Of a DNA stretch of 64,000 nucleotides, positions 41,326-54,565 are shown one piece after another. A program made the translations under genes and the position numbers. The DNA lies in NCBI RefSeq assembly GCF_009914755.1, contig NC_060942.1; one strand, 5' to 3'. This DNA comes from the human T2T-CHM13v2.0 reference genome, Homo sapiens. Under the pieces are notes generated by a model. It worked only from the letters and a program-made list of their open reading frames with translations, was not told the DNA's origin and made no database searches. Numbering within the stretch: the first letter of the stretch is position 1; each line of letters opens with the position of its first letter.

Positions 41326-42319
41326 CCTGCAGGATGAAATCTCCAAGAGGACAGGGGTTTGTGCTCAACCTTCCATTTCCATGGTCATGGAGCCTGCTTA
41401 GATGATAAACACTCAAGGGCAGGATATGATAGCCCCTTGACTTGGGAGAGCCCCTGGTGCCACTTCCTGTGAAATAGAAATTGAACCCATGTGTATTAAA
41501 AGCGAAGATCCTATGTTATTTTCTCCAGCAGTGTTCAGAGTCCACCACATCCATGCAGAGCCCAAGGCCCTGTCCTAGGAGGACACTGAGCACACATAGA
41601 ATTAGACTGTGATGGCAGAAGGCATTAGAGCAACCCCAGCCCTGCCCCACATTAACCCTTCAGCCCACTTCCTGCCCCAGCCCTGCTGTGGTGGAAGGGA
41701 GAGAAGGAAGCAGGGTGGAGGCAGGGAGGACTTGCTGAGTGCTTTCTTTGTGCCAGTCCCTTCACATGTGTTTTCTGCTACTGAATTATCTCCAAGATCT
41801 TACGAGGATGCAGTGACAGATGAGAAAACTGAGGCTCAGGGTGGTGAAATAACAGCAAGCCTTAATATGTCAGTAAGTGCTCCCCTACGGCAGACAGGAG
41901 AGAGAAGGAAAGAGAAAATGGCTTGTCTGGCCCACAGCAGGACACCAGAAACCAAAGGGAGAGGTGGGGGACCTGCTGCCTGCTGGAGGAGAGACCCTGC
42001 CAGAGGTGGAGCAGAGACCTGCACTACTGAAGAAGCCCACAGGAGAGGATGTGGCAGCTCTATCTGCCCTGGAAACTCAAGGCATGGACAAGCACCAGAG
42101 AAATAGGCATGAGAGGCCACCTGGGGAACCTTGGCACTTAAAACCCTCAGTTTCTCTGGAGGTGTACACAGGTGAGCGGCAGGTACAATACCTTATTCCA
42201 CCTAGATCTTTGAGCAAGGAAAGTCTGGTAGGGATGAGCAACCACTGCATCAGAGGCCCACTTAGCTCCTCCTGACAAACTCACACAAATGCAACCCTTG
42301 AGCAGGCGCCACCCTTGGG

Positions 42320-42600
42320 CAGGGTTGGCAAAACTTTCTGGACTGCGCCTCAGTTTAAGACACACTTCTCACACTGTGACCAACCTCACATATGTATGTG
42401 TGCATGTGTGTGTGTGCATGTGTGTGTTATGTGTGTACACAGACATAACTGAAATGAGTTTCCTGACACAATCCTTCACCTTACCAAGCGTGATGCATCC
42501 CAGTATTTTCCACCATTTGCTTCTATTCCTCTCCTCCCCACTCCTCCTCATCCTCCTGGTCTCAGCCTACTAAATTGATTTCAGAACCCTGAAGTTATAG
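42320..42600. mobile_element. hAT-Charlie-like relic containing a (TG)n tract (42388-42440)
   Basis: cagggttggcaaaact TIR-like end; ctaaattgatttcagaaccc. Confidence 0.4.
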
Positions 42601-42859
42601 AAAATGGGCACAGCCAGGATAGAATAGAGAATGTCGTGATGCTTTGCAGATTGTGTGAGCTACATGGAACTCAGAGAAGAGAGAGATTAGAACAGGCTGC
42701 AGCAACCCAGGAAGGCTTTCGGCAGAGGAAGCAACTAGAGCTTGACCCAGAAAAGTGGTTGGCTCTGTTCAGTTTAACACACTTTTCTAGATCTATGTGC
42801 CAGGCTCTGTACTTTTACAGACAGGTCAAGGTTGAGTGGGGGAGGGGAAAGAAAGACAT

Positions 42860-43090
42860 TGAACACATAACTACATAAATAATTTAGTTACAGTTGTGGT
42901 AAGTAATGAAGATAAAAAGTATACGATGCCATGAAATAGAATAAAAGGGGTCCTAATATAATCTTGGAGATCAGGGAAGGCTTCCTGAAGGAGGCAACAT
43001 TTATGCTGACATCCAAAGGATGAAGAGGAGTGAGCCAGAATCCAGAGGAAAACAATAGCTTTTTAAGCAAGGCCCGGCGCATTCAGGAGG
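42860..43090 (-). mobile_element. L2 fragment
   Basis: atcagggaaggcttcctgaaggaggcaacatttatgctgacatccaaaggatga. Confidence 0.7.
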
Positions 43091-43423
43091 CTATCTGGGG
43101 AGATTAGCGACATTTAGACAACCATTTACCTTCCTTCTGGTAGAGCAGTCGGATCAAAATGCCAGAAACCTTGTCTTCTCATTCTTATGTCTCTATTACC
43201 TAGCTGGGTGCTCACTCAGTGTTTGTGGAATCCATCACTTTCTGGATTTGGGTAAAGATGCCCTGTAGCTCATATACATCACTGCAATGTGCAACACAGG
43301 GAATGTCTGTAAACTCAGGGTAGATCCAGCTGGTGGGACTCCCTCTAAGTATTATCATCAGAGTAAGTCCGGTCTGAAGACACGCTATCTGCACAGCATT
43401 TACACATTCTCATTACCTGGGTC

Positions 43424-43547
43424 GGGTGACCATACGACCCAGCTTGCTCCGGACAGTCCCAGTTCACTCCTGTGGCTCCAGCATGATCCTGCCTCATTTC
43501 ACTTTCAGACATGTCCCAGTTTGGACGATAAATTATACGTGCATCTG
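43424..43547. mobile_element. MER94-like hAT-Blackjack MITE
   Basis: gggtgaccatacgaccc...ggacagtcccagtt...tgtcccagtttggacgataaattata. Confidence 0.8.
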
Positions 43548-44379
43548 TAATAACTCTGGGCCACACAGAAATATCCTGGTAGCATGACAGATGTATCCAA
43601 ACGTGCCACATTGAAAACGGATGTTCTATTTAATGAGTTCCCAGTTCCTTGGGGGTTTTTAGCCCCTCAGCCACTACCGGAAAGTCTCCTCCCTTTCCAG
43701 AATTGTCCCGGTCCCTTTAAAGCCAACTTACTCTATTTCCACCTTGGGACACTTGAGTTCAGTGACAGGACAATATTCTTAAGTCTTCCCTTGGGCAGCA
43801 GGATGGCATGGGAAGAGGACAGGTGTCTTGGGTTATCTGGATGCAAGTCCTGGTTCTGACATTCCTGGTTCATTGACCCGAGTAAGTCCCTTCACCTGCC
43901 CGGACTTGCTATTTCCCTTTGTTAAATGGGGATAATAAACACCCCGCCCAGTTCCCGATGTCACAAGGGTGAGGTGCTCTGTATTAAGGCAAAGAGGAAA
44001 CATTGGATGTCACAGAATGGGACCCCTGGCTATGATTTGGAGATACTGATAAGAGGGATAGGTGGCATACCAATCAGGCTAATAATAATGTTTTAAAACA
44101 CCAGGACCTTCCCCTAGGATACTGTTCTCTGTGCAGGAGCCTGAGCCTTTCTGCCACCCGACAGTGACTGCCACAGCCAGGATTAAGCCAACTGTCAGCA
44201 AAGAAGGAGGAAGATAAACCCTGTGTGCAGACAGAACGGGGGCTGTGTGGGCTGAGGGCACAGAATGTTTCTCCAGCCACCGCAGGAAGCAGCAAGAATA
44301 CCGAATCCTGGTTGCCTCTGACAATTTTTCCTCTTTTTTTTTTTTTTTTCCTTTTTGGAAGCTGGAGATCCCTATGCCA

Positions 44380-45260
44380 AGCCCTCAAAGCAGCCCCGAC
44401 TTTCCGTGCAATAAAGCAGCAGTGAGAAAGGCTCAGAGTAATTAAGTGGCTGACGCACAGAAGAAGCCGTTACAAAGAATTGACTAAATTGCCCATTCAT
44501 TAGCAGCTCGGCATGGAAGGAGAATTACAAATAGACGGCGGAGCCCGCAGTAATTCAATCTAACCTTGTACTTACAGAAAACAATGAGATAATGAACAGA
44601 AAAATTACCAGGCACATATTGTATTTTGTTAAAGGGGCGGGTGGGGGGGCCAGGGGGAGGTGGGGGGAGCGCAGGGACGGACTGGCACATGCAATGCTAA
44701 TGGCCTCACTCAAGCTGAGCAAACGTTTCTCCAACACAATCATAGTTCTCAGTCTAAGGGCCTCTGGGGAGCTGAGATGAGGCAAGATCGCGAACAAAAA
44801 AATGTAATTTATAAGGCGTCTGTGGACTGGAATTTATCATCGGATCCGCTCGCCGCCGCTCAATTGATATGTAGTTGATTTCAAACAACACCCCCCAGGC
44901 GCCCAGAGGGAACATTTTTTAGATTTTACGCTTGGATATATCTGTTTAACTCGCCATTTACCAAAACAACGGCTGATGACAGCACAAACCAGTCACTCTG
45001 GAGAAAACACGCACGCATGCTCTCATACACACGCTCTCGCCCGCGTGTGCGCGCACACACACATGCACACACACACGGGCATCCAAGAGCAGCAGCAGCC
45101 ATAGTAACAGCAGCAGACAAACCTGCTCAGCCCAGAGAAGATTGCTGTGAATCCGGAAAGGGAGAAGGGAGGAAGAAAAAAAATACTGCCAAAAGACTGA
45201 GCCTTTCTCTGCCGCTTCGCAGGACTAAGTGCTTGTTGTTGGGTTTTTAGCGCTCACTGG
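44380..45260. promoter_or_regulatory. Putative conserved enhancer or weak CpG island
   Basis: Free of interspersed repeats; roughly 35 CpGs by hand count against a depleted background; clustered TAAT/ATTA, AACAAT and TTTAT/TTTTACG motifs; G-runs and a (CA/CG)n tract. Confidence 0.6.
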
Positions 45261-45705
45261 TTGGTTTTCATTCCTGACACCTCCTACCCTTCTTGGCTGG
45301 GCAGCTTAGAAGGATTCAGCACTATCCCAACTCACCTCCTCCAGGCTGTCGGCACTGCCAGTCCCCCTCTAGCCTCACCTGGGATCCACAAGACCCCTGG
45401 CCTCAGCAGGTGGAAAAGAATGGGGGTCTTCATAGAGTGTGAGAAGGGGTAAATGGGCAGAAGGTTGAAACATTACTGTCCCCTTACCCACGGCCAGCAG
45501 GGCCTCCAGATGTGGGTGTTGGCAAAAGCAGTTTTAGAAGGATGTGAATAAATTCCCTATCAACTCAAGGGCTGAGGCTTCATAGCTGGAGTGACAAATC
45601 ATTCCGTTTTCAGGGCAATTTTGAGGACACCAATATAACTACCCATTGGTACCCAGAAAAAGGAATACCTTGGCACAGAAAGAGGAACCTCAAGTATATT
45701 CTTAG

Positions 45706-46090
45706 TGTTAGAAATAATAATAATAATTCACTGGACATGTGTTAAAAGCGGCAAAACATTTTATTCAGGACTATTGCAATAGGAGAGAGATTGAACTCAA
45801 CTCCCCATACACAGGGACCAGTGGAGATTTACAGCCAGCGGGCAGGGTGAGAGAGGATGAAAAATTACTAAGAGGGACTTGGTTGAGTGTCAAGGGTGAG
45901 GGGGAAGAGGAACCTGATTAGAGAACAAGGATGGAGGAAGAAGAGTTTGATTGGATATCAAGGGTAGGGGAATTCTTGATAAACTGGCTTAGCAGGATTC
46001 TTTGCTAAAGCTGGCTCTGCAGGCCAAGAATAAAGCTTAGTGGAGAAAAGGACTCAAAGGAGCCTGACTCCAGTTTGGTCTGGAAAAGCC
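45706..46090 (-). mobile_element. ERV1 LTR (MER31/MER67-like)
   Basis: Minus strand begins gaccaaactggagtcaggctcctttgag; plus strand ttttattcaggactattgcaataggagag. Confidence 0.7.
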
Positions 46091-46635
46091 ATGTGGGTGG
46101 TGGCACTGTCTTCCCTGCAGAGTGCTGCCAGCACAGTGCTTACTGATTGCAGAGGGACAGATGGGATAGTTTCCAACTGAAGAATCTGAGAAAGTGAGAA
46201 TTCATTCTTCAATTCACACCTTCCACCAAAAGAAACAGATGCCTCACAAGCACCAGGCACCAGAAGACACTCATGACACTGAACTGCAAGGGCAGCCTTG
46301 CAGCCTGTCACCAGCCTAAGTTTGGGGGGGATTAGAGGGGTAGTTAGTGACCACGATTGACCGGCCAGTAGGGGGCAGTCCAGCCCAATGGGAAAGGAGG
46401 CTGAAATGGATGTCCAGAAAAATCCTGGTTTTATTACCACTTGACTATTGATTCACTGTGAGGTCCTCCAGTCCTCATCACTTCCAGTCTTTGGGCCTTA
46501 GTCTGTATAGTTATAGAATATCCCTAAGACTGCCTGACTTCTGCTCATTTCACAGACATACTATGAGATATCTTGGAAGTAATCAAGACATGAAAAGTCA
46601 ATATAAATATTAAATGCATCAAAGAATTCGACCAT

Positions 46636-46817
46636 TAGTTCTCAGAGTATAGCCCTAGAGCCATCATGAACAGCAGCATCACCTGGGAACTTAGAAATGC
46701 AAATTCCTGGGACCCACACCCAACCTACTGAATCAGAAACTCTGAGGATGGGAACCAGCAATCTGTTCTCAACAAGCTCTCCAGAATCTGATGCACGTTC
46801 GAGTTTGAGAACCACTG
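46636..46817. mobile_element. MER5A hAT-Charlie MITE
   Basis: cagcagcatcacctgggaacttagaaatgcaaattc...cctactgaatcagaaactctg...gtttgagaaccactg. Confidence 0.9.
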
Positions 46818-49800
46818 ATATAGCTAATACAGACTGTGTGACTTGCTGGGTGTAGAAAAAGCAGCTGAAGAAAATCATTTTGGAGACTGGTAAATCTTTT
46901 GCAGTCAACCAAAAAACTACCCCAGAGATTAAATTCAGAGTATTAATCAACTGTTGATGTCTGCATTTGAAAAGTGTTGTGCACACAGTTTCATTTGATT
47001 CTTTAATTCATTCTGGAAGGTAGATAAAGCACAAAATCTTGTCCCAACAAGCACAAGGATTCAACAAAGGTTACTCAGTAACAGTTGAGGGTGGCAATGA
47101 TGAGGCAAATGAACTCAGTCTTACTGCAATACCTGCCCCCATACTCCCCTTCCAACGCAGCATTGTAGGTCTTTAAATCTAGAAGGGACCTGATAATTGA
47201 TCCATCTTCCTATAGAAGCTTTTCCTTCCTACAGAAGCATCTTCCTGTAGAAGCTTTTCTCATTGTTCCCCTCTCTTCAGCACACTCCCATTCATGACCA
47301 TATTTCAGCTCACTATCAAGAATCCATGGGTACCAATGGGTAGTTATGTTGGTGTCCTCACTATCAAGAATCCACACTGTTCCTTCATCCCTATGAGAAT
47401 CTGGAGAAGTGGGGAAGCAAGCGGCCTTTGTCCCTAACCTCAAGAGGACCATAAGCCCAGCAATCTAGCCAACACTAAAGGTACCATTGTCTCCATTTTA
47501 AAGATGAGCAAGCCAAGGATCCAGGGGTGAAGAAATTTGTTTAAGGTTATGTGATTATTAGAGATAGAACAGAGATTAGAAGTCAGGTGCCCAGACTTTT
47601 GGAAAGCAGGGTGGAAACTGATATCTTCAAATGTTTGTTGTTAAATAACAGACATTAAGTGTCCAGTGGGCTTTAAGTATTGACTCAATCTCTATCTAAT
47701 TTTCTATCTCTCAGATACTTATAGATATGTATTTTTGTGATGTATTACGAGGGTCATGAAGTCTTCAAGGTCATGTATTCAGTGGTCCATATAGCATAGA
47801 AAATCTCACTGTACATAGCTGGTGGGTCATTCCACTTCTTCTTAAATACCTGCTGTGATGGAGATCTCACCCCGGCCAAGGCATTTGAGAGGTGCTACAC
47901 CAAGTCATCAATATGTCTCAGAAAAGGCTTTGTAGTGGGGTCTGGTGCCACTCATTCCCATCCCTCGCCTCTGCTTTGATGTGTTTCCCATTCCCAGAAG
48001 CTCATTTGAGGGTGCAGAGTTCCTGGGAAGTGTCAAATTGAGTCATCATTGGCTAAATTCTTGCCCACCCTTCATGAGGGAATCCAGGAATTTCATGTCT
48101 AGAATTAGCAAGTTGTGTGAAAAGAAGACTCTTGGTCAGGGTCAATGGAACCTTCCATGACTCTCAGCTAGCATATCCCAAGTCTATACACAACTCTCCT
48201 TTTCCCATCCCTACAGCTGTCAATGAGGAAAATGGTTTCAGGAGCCTGAGGGAGTCAATGAAGAGGCTCAAAGAAATCACTTGGAATGTGCCTAGGAAGA
48301 CACAGATGCTCATCTTTCTAAGTGCTTTCATGTTAGTATTTCAATCAACTTTGCAATCCCCCTTGCCAGTCCTCGGGATGGAACCACACACACACTCAAT
48401 TTAACAGCTCACCCTGGGTGACGGGCCAGCAATGTGTGTGACCATTCCCACATCACCTTGCCCATGAAAAGTCAAAACCAGCCCAGTTCTGAGTCAGAAA
48501 AGCATACATACAAAATTAATTGAAATTGTATTTTTAATGAAGCTCTCTCATCTCATACAAGGATTGATGAGTTACCCTTGATAGGGAGTTAAAAACACCT
48601 TTTTACCAAGGGAAGAAAAATGGTCTCACTCTGACCCCTTCAACAGGAGGCATATTTGCACTTCTTCCATGTCCCAGGTTGACTTACTGTGTGGAGGCCC
48701 AGAGACAGGAGGAAGGGAGCTTTAGAGCCAGCTCTTCCTGCATGATCTGTGTGCCTTCAGCCCCTGGCTCTGGAGGTCTGGGAAGGGTTGGCTCACGGAA
48801 GGATGATGCGGGGACAACTGAATATACCAGCCAGCCCAACTGCATCATTTTCCAGAGTGAAGGTGCCTGGACTGTATGTGGGGCTGGGCCCCAGTCATAC
48901 AGCAATGCCTCAGGTGCACAAATGAGTTTTCTCAAGGACTGATATTTCAACTCTGATATATTTTCCAATAATCATTGATAAAAAGTCTTTTCAAAATTTA
49001 TTACGCATTCCTTTGTCATACAAATAACATTTGCCAAGCATAATTTAACCTTTTTTTTAACTACAATTATCATCAATTTGATTGTGCATCAATGTGCTGG
49101 GTCAGAAAAAAATTATATTGAGGTATTTGAAGCTATTTATCCACATACTGAATAGCCCCAGACTGCTAACATTCTAGTGTTCTTGGGTCTGATCTAAATA
49201 ATCCTATTTCTTTACCTACTGCCACACTTTCACTTGTTACTTTTTGCTGTTATGAAGTACAGTGACATTAAAAAAAAGAATAGAATCCTTAGGAATCCCC
49301 AGACCAGAAAGACCATGAACCCAGGTCACATCTTTTCTTGCTTTTGGTATTATTCAGTGCCTACCATGGTGCCTGGGACAGAGCAGGTGAGCATTAATTC
49401 GCTGGTGAATAAATAAATATACCATTTAGTGTGTAATTCTGGCTTTACTACTTACTATCTGCATCACCATGGGCAAGCCCAGAGTCTCAATTTCCAAGTC
49501 TGCAAAATGGGAAATATAATAATACCTTATTTTCGGGACTCTTGCAAAAATTAAATTAATTGAATCAAAGCATTGGTAAGAAAGTGCCTATGAACTGTGG
49601 AGTGCAATACAAAGCCCCTGTTTGTAGTGTGTAACAAGATTGTGATTATTATTATGTATTGCTGGTTTCTGGGGGGTGGTCTGCCTGCTCTTCTGGAGGA
49701 GGTTCTGATATCAAAGGCCTTGGCTAATTAAGGCAGCAAGGTAAGGAAATCAAAGCAGACGAAATAGGCCAGGAGGCTTCATCCTGGACACTGTGTGTGT

Positions 49801-50559
49801 GTAGTCCAGCAGTCTCCCAGTTGGCTCACCTTGGCAGGTGACGTGTCTACAGGACCTACTCCTCTCCTGCCCTGTCTTCACCTCATCTCTCCTCCCTGTC
49901 CCCAGCACCCCTATGTGTCCTATCTTCCTAATCTCACCAGATGTGAGGAATCCATCCATGTAAAGGAGGGCAGGACTTAATCCGCTGCCCCCTCTGAGAG
50001 ATATGGATCAGGATTGCTCCAGTTAGGGGCTTTTCCTAATCAGAATTGACACAGACTTTGATCAGGAACAGAGAATTTTCTAGGAGCCTCCCAGGATCAT
50101 CAATCCCCCTAAAGAATTTTCAAAAGTAGGAAATTCACACTTCAAACAGGGAAAATGAAATGCTTAAGCACCTAAAATGAGAAGCTAACAGTGGATTTCC
50201 AGGAAGCCTTAGCAGATAGACAACACTTGGGTCCTGGGTAAGGCCAGACTCAGGAGGTAGGGTCTCGCCTATCACTTCTCAAGTCCCTCAGTGAAAGATG
50301 CCATCTGCTTGGCCAGACCTTGCTCACAAAGCTCTGAGAACCCCTGAGTGGCACTGCAGATGACCACATCCCAAATGCCCAGACTCCCAGTTCACCTGGA
50401 TTCCAAAACAAGCTCAGGTCTCCTGACTCCCTTCCAGTGCATGATGAGTTCCCTGCTCTCCCCTTAAAGGCCAGGTGCAAGGGCTAAAGCTAACAGTCTG
50501 GGAATTTTACAACAAACTACTTTAAAGTTCTTATTGTTTTCTCCAGAAGCATTCAGATA

Positions 50560-51548
50560 ATCACTACAACCACTATCAGTACCGGCACAAGCACCAAAAC
50601 CACCATCACCACCACCCCATTACTATCACCAAACCACTACCACCACCACCACAATCACCACTATCATCACCACCACCACTACCATCATCACCACCACTAC
50701 AACCACCACCACCACCATCACCACCACCACCCCCTCAGCACCACCCTATCACCAACACCATTACCACCACCACCATCACAACCACCTTCCCACCACTACA
50801 ACCACCACCACAACCACCACCACCACTATTACAACAATTACCATCACCATCACCACCACCACCACCCCCTCACCACCACCATCACCGTCACTACTGCCAC
50901 CACCACCACCAGCACCGCCACCCTCACCACCACCACCACTGTCACCACCACTACCATCACAACTACTCCACCACCACCACTACCATCACCACCACAATTA
51001 CCACCACCACCATCACCATCAGCACCACCCTCATCATCACCACCACCATTACCACCATCACCATCACCATTACCACCGTCACCACAAACACCCTCACTAC
51101 CACCATCACCATCACCACCACTATCACCATCACCACCACAAACACCCTCACCACCACCATCACCATCACCACCACCACCCTCACCACTACCATCACCACT
51201 GCCACCCTCACCATCACCACCACCACCACCATCACCATCACCACCACTATCACCATCACCACCACAAACACCCTCACCACCACCATCACCATCACCACCA
51301 CCACCCTCACCACTACCATCACCACTGCCACCCTCACCATCACCACCACCACCACCATCACCATCACCACTGCCATGACCACCACCATCATCATCACTGT
51401 CACCACCATCACCACCACCCTCACCACCACCATCACCACAACCACCCTTATCACCACGACCACCAACACCACCACTGCCACTGTCACCACAACCATCACC
51501 AGCACCACTTTCACTACCACCACCAATGACAACATAATCACCACCACC
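50560..51548. repeat. Degenerate (CAC/CAT)n trinucleotide array with 126-bp higher-order duplication
   Basis: About 990 bp of accaccatcacc; marker accacaaacaccctcac recurs at 51135 and 51261. Confidence 0.95.
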
Positions 51549-54139
51549 GAACCCAGGACTGGGTTTGAATTAGAGTCCAGTCAGTTATTAGCCCTACGAC
51601 TATCTAAAACTTATTTAAATTCTCTGAATCTTAGATTCATGATAATAACATTCCTAGAGATGTGTGGATTAGAAACAATATATGTACAAAAGCACAGAGC
51701 AGCTCCCACATCTATGGTAGCTACTATTAAAAGGGTACATTTGTCAAGAGAAGGTTAAATTAATTGATCAACAGTTAGTCATTTCAGGGAAAAGAGGAAA
51801 ATTCTCACCCCAGAGTCCTGGGGACTCTCTGCCACCTTGAGAAAAGAGTGTGAAGTTGGTGTGTCAGGAGGTCTGGAGCTTCAGCCGCACCCTGTCCTAG
51901 AGTGTGCCAACTGCTTTGTTTACTCTCTGGTTCTGTTTTCTCCAACCCTGGGAGACACACTGTTAAGAAAGTGGTGAATCTGCTAGAGGAGATGCCTCTA
52001 TTCTTCTTGCATCACTTGTTGTAGCAAATGTGCATAAAATGACAGCCAGATCTACCCTGCCAAATTCCTGGATCCCAGGTCATTTAGAATAAAGAGATGC
52101 CAAAAGTTAGAATCCCATCTAGCTTCCTCTAACTCTTGTACCATCTTGGGAACTTGCTGACTGACATTGACCTAGGAGTGGCCAGGCCCAGTCAAGCACT
52201 ATTGTTGGGAGACATTCTGCCTCCCTCCCTCTATTCCTCCCTCCTCCCTTCCCTTTCTCTTCCCATCCCTTGTCATTAGTCCCTAAACCACTGCTGTGTC
52301 CACAAGGGCCTAGGACTCGAGGGTACCCTCCCTGTCTACATGCTCTGAGGCATGCACAATGGCACCTCTGCCCCTTTGCCTATGCTCTGTCCTTTGGGAG
52401 GGCACAGCTCTTGGCAGACAATTGGTTGTGACCTGCCAGAGGCACCACTCCACGTGTGTGCCAAATACCATCTCCTCTCCCTCCCAGCATGCCAGGCTCC
52501 TCTGACAAGGAAGGGTAAAGACCCTCCAGGGTTCTCAAGAACATCAATATGTTTTGTATTTAATGTGCTGGCTCTGTTACAGCAAATTAAAGCAAGGGGG
52601 CCTGGTGGAAGGGAACACAGCCCGCAGTTCCCCGTCCCTTGTCGAGCAGGAGGCTCTGGAAACAGCACTCCAGTGTGGAGAAGGAGTGCACATTACACCC
52701 CCCTGCAGGAACAGAGCAGACATTAGACAAAGCCCCAAGTCTTAATGGGACGCATCCTGCAAACATCTGAGCTTGGGCCTTCAATCACAAACGCTGCAGG
52801 ATTTAAAAATGAATAAACTTCACATTGTGTTTCTCTTATTTATCCTTTATGCAAATTGTCCCTGGGAGGACCCATTATGCACACTGCATGGGGACAGCAG
52901 AGGCCGGCTTTGAGGCTTGGAGGACCACTTGCAAGCCATTCCTGGAATGCCAGGCCCGTCCTGGTGCTTTACAGAGAGAGAGAAAGTGATCATAAAAGGG
53001 AAATAAACAGATTCTGAGTGGTTGGCTCATGCAGAAAGCATAGGCACGCGCGTGCACAATGACACACCACATACACACGAGCCACACACGGGCGACATTG
53101 GAGTAGCCTTGCTGCTAGGATGCAAAAGCCTCTGCAAGGAGAGCAGGAGTCATCTCCCCAATTATTTTCTCCCATTACTAATGGGAGGAAACGGGCCATT
53201 TGTGAGGCTGAGCAGGCATGGGCAGGACAGTGGGGCACCATCACATGGTAGGAATTCCTGGCCTCGGTCTGATTTTGGAGCAGCCCCTGTGGGCCAGACC
53301 CTGGGCTGGTGCTGCCGCATCCCCTGCCAAGGCCTTCTGGCTCCCTGGGAGCTTCCTGGTTCAGGGTGGAGTCAGGGAGCAGTGGGTCAGGAAGTCGGGG
53401 CTATGAACTTGGCCTGAGGGAGCCAACAGTCATTGGAGTCAGGCCAGGGCACCCCAGACCCAAGAAGTGCAGGGCCAAATCCAGGGACACAGTGGGACTC
53501 ACAGAAGGAGGGCAGTACCACGGCAAATGAAGGAAGCTGAGACGGAAGCAGTAGGCAGGGCCCCGTTCTAATGGGTGTGGTGCCCTGTTCACTCCACCTC
53601 GGGCACCTGTGCAGTAAGAGGTCATCCCCTGCAGCTCCTGACTTGGAAAGATGGTGGCCTATGCCTGGCCACAGGGTGCATCCTGTGCACGTTGGGTCTC
53701 AAGGGCCCAGCAGCGGGGGCTGTGCTCAAGACAAACACAGTCTTTGGGGGGCACAGACTGGAAAATCGGTGATTCCAACATAATGTGATCTTTCAAATTT
53801 TCCAGATGGAGTTGGGGAGAATTGAGAGAGGTAGGTGGAGGGAAAAATGGCTCCTAGGCAAATATATCTTTAAGATAATGTCTTTTAGGTTATCAATGTG
53901 TATTTTTTGGAAAAGGTATGCCATGATTGTCTTTGACAGGGGTGAACACTCATGGAGACTAAGATGAGCACAGATGAGAAGGGGGAACAGGATTAAATTC
54001 TTTAAGTCACCTGCCTATGACAGACACCACACTGAGTACTTTACCTTTATAATTTCATTTAAATGGTATAAAATTCCAGGAAGCTGATGCTGAAAAAGGA
54101 CTTTTAATTATTCTGAGCAATTATTACAGGATGGGGCAG

Positions 54140-54390
54140 GGCAGGCAGTGTTATAATTGACATCCTGAGCTCTGGCACCAGATTGCTTGGAATTAAGTGT
54201 GGCTCTGCCCCCTGTTAGCTGTGTGACTGTTAGAAAGTTACTTAACCTCTCTGTTCTGTTTCCTCCTCTGTTAAATGGGGATAGCAATTACACCTATCTC
54301 TTCGGGTTGTGGTGAGGCTTAAATGAGTGATTATAGACAAAGTACATAGAACAGTGCCAGGCATAGAGCTAGTGCTAGCCATTATTACTG
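54140..54390 (+). mobile_element. MIR SINE
   Basis: tagctgtgtgactgttagaaagttacttaacctctctg...gaacagtgccaggcatag. Confidence 0.85.
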
Positions 54391-54394
54391 TCCT

Positions 54395-54565
54395 AAGTCA
54401 CTTTAGATGTATGAATTTATTTAATCCCCACTGTAACCTTTTGATATAGATATATACCGATTTCACAGATGAGGAAACTGAGGGACAGACAGGTTAATTA
54501 ACCTTTGCAAGAACACACAGATGATAAATGGAGGGACTACAATTTGAACCCACGAATCCTGCCTT
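54395..54565 (-). mobile_element. MIR SINE
   Basis: tttcacagatgaggaaactgagggacagacaggttaa. Confidence 0.8.

Noticed and set aside
47309-47374. Repeat-spacer-repeat arrangement resembling a CRISPR unit, with the spacer matching nearby DNA
   Set aside because: Only two 18-bp repeats, no cas genes and a mammalian context; better explained as a templated insertion with target duplication
50963-51758. Poly-Val and mucin-like poly-Thr ORFs
   Set aside because: Artefacts of the stop-poor (CAC)n repeat
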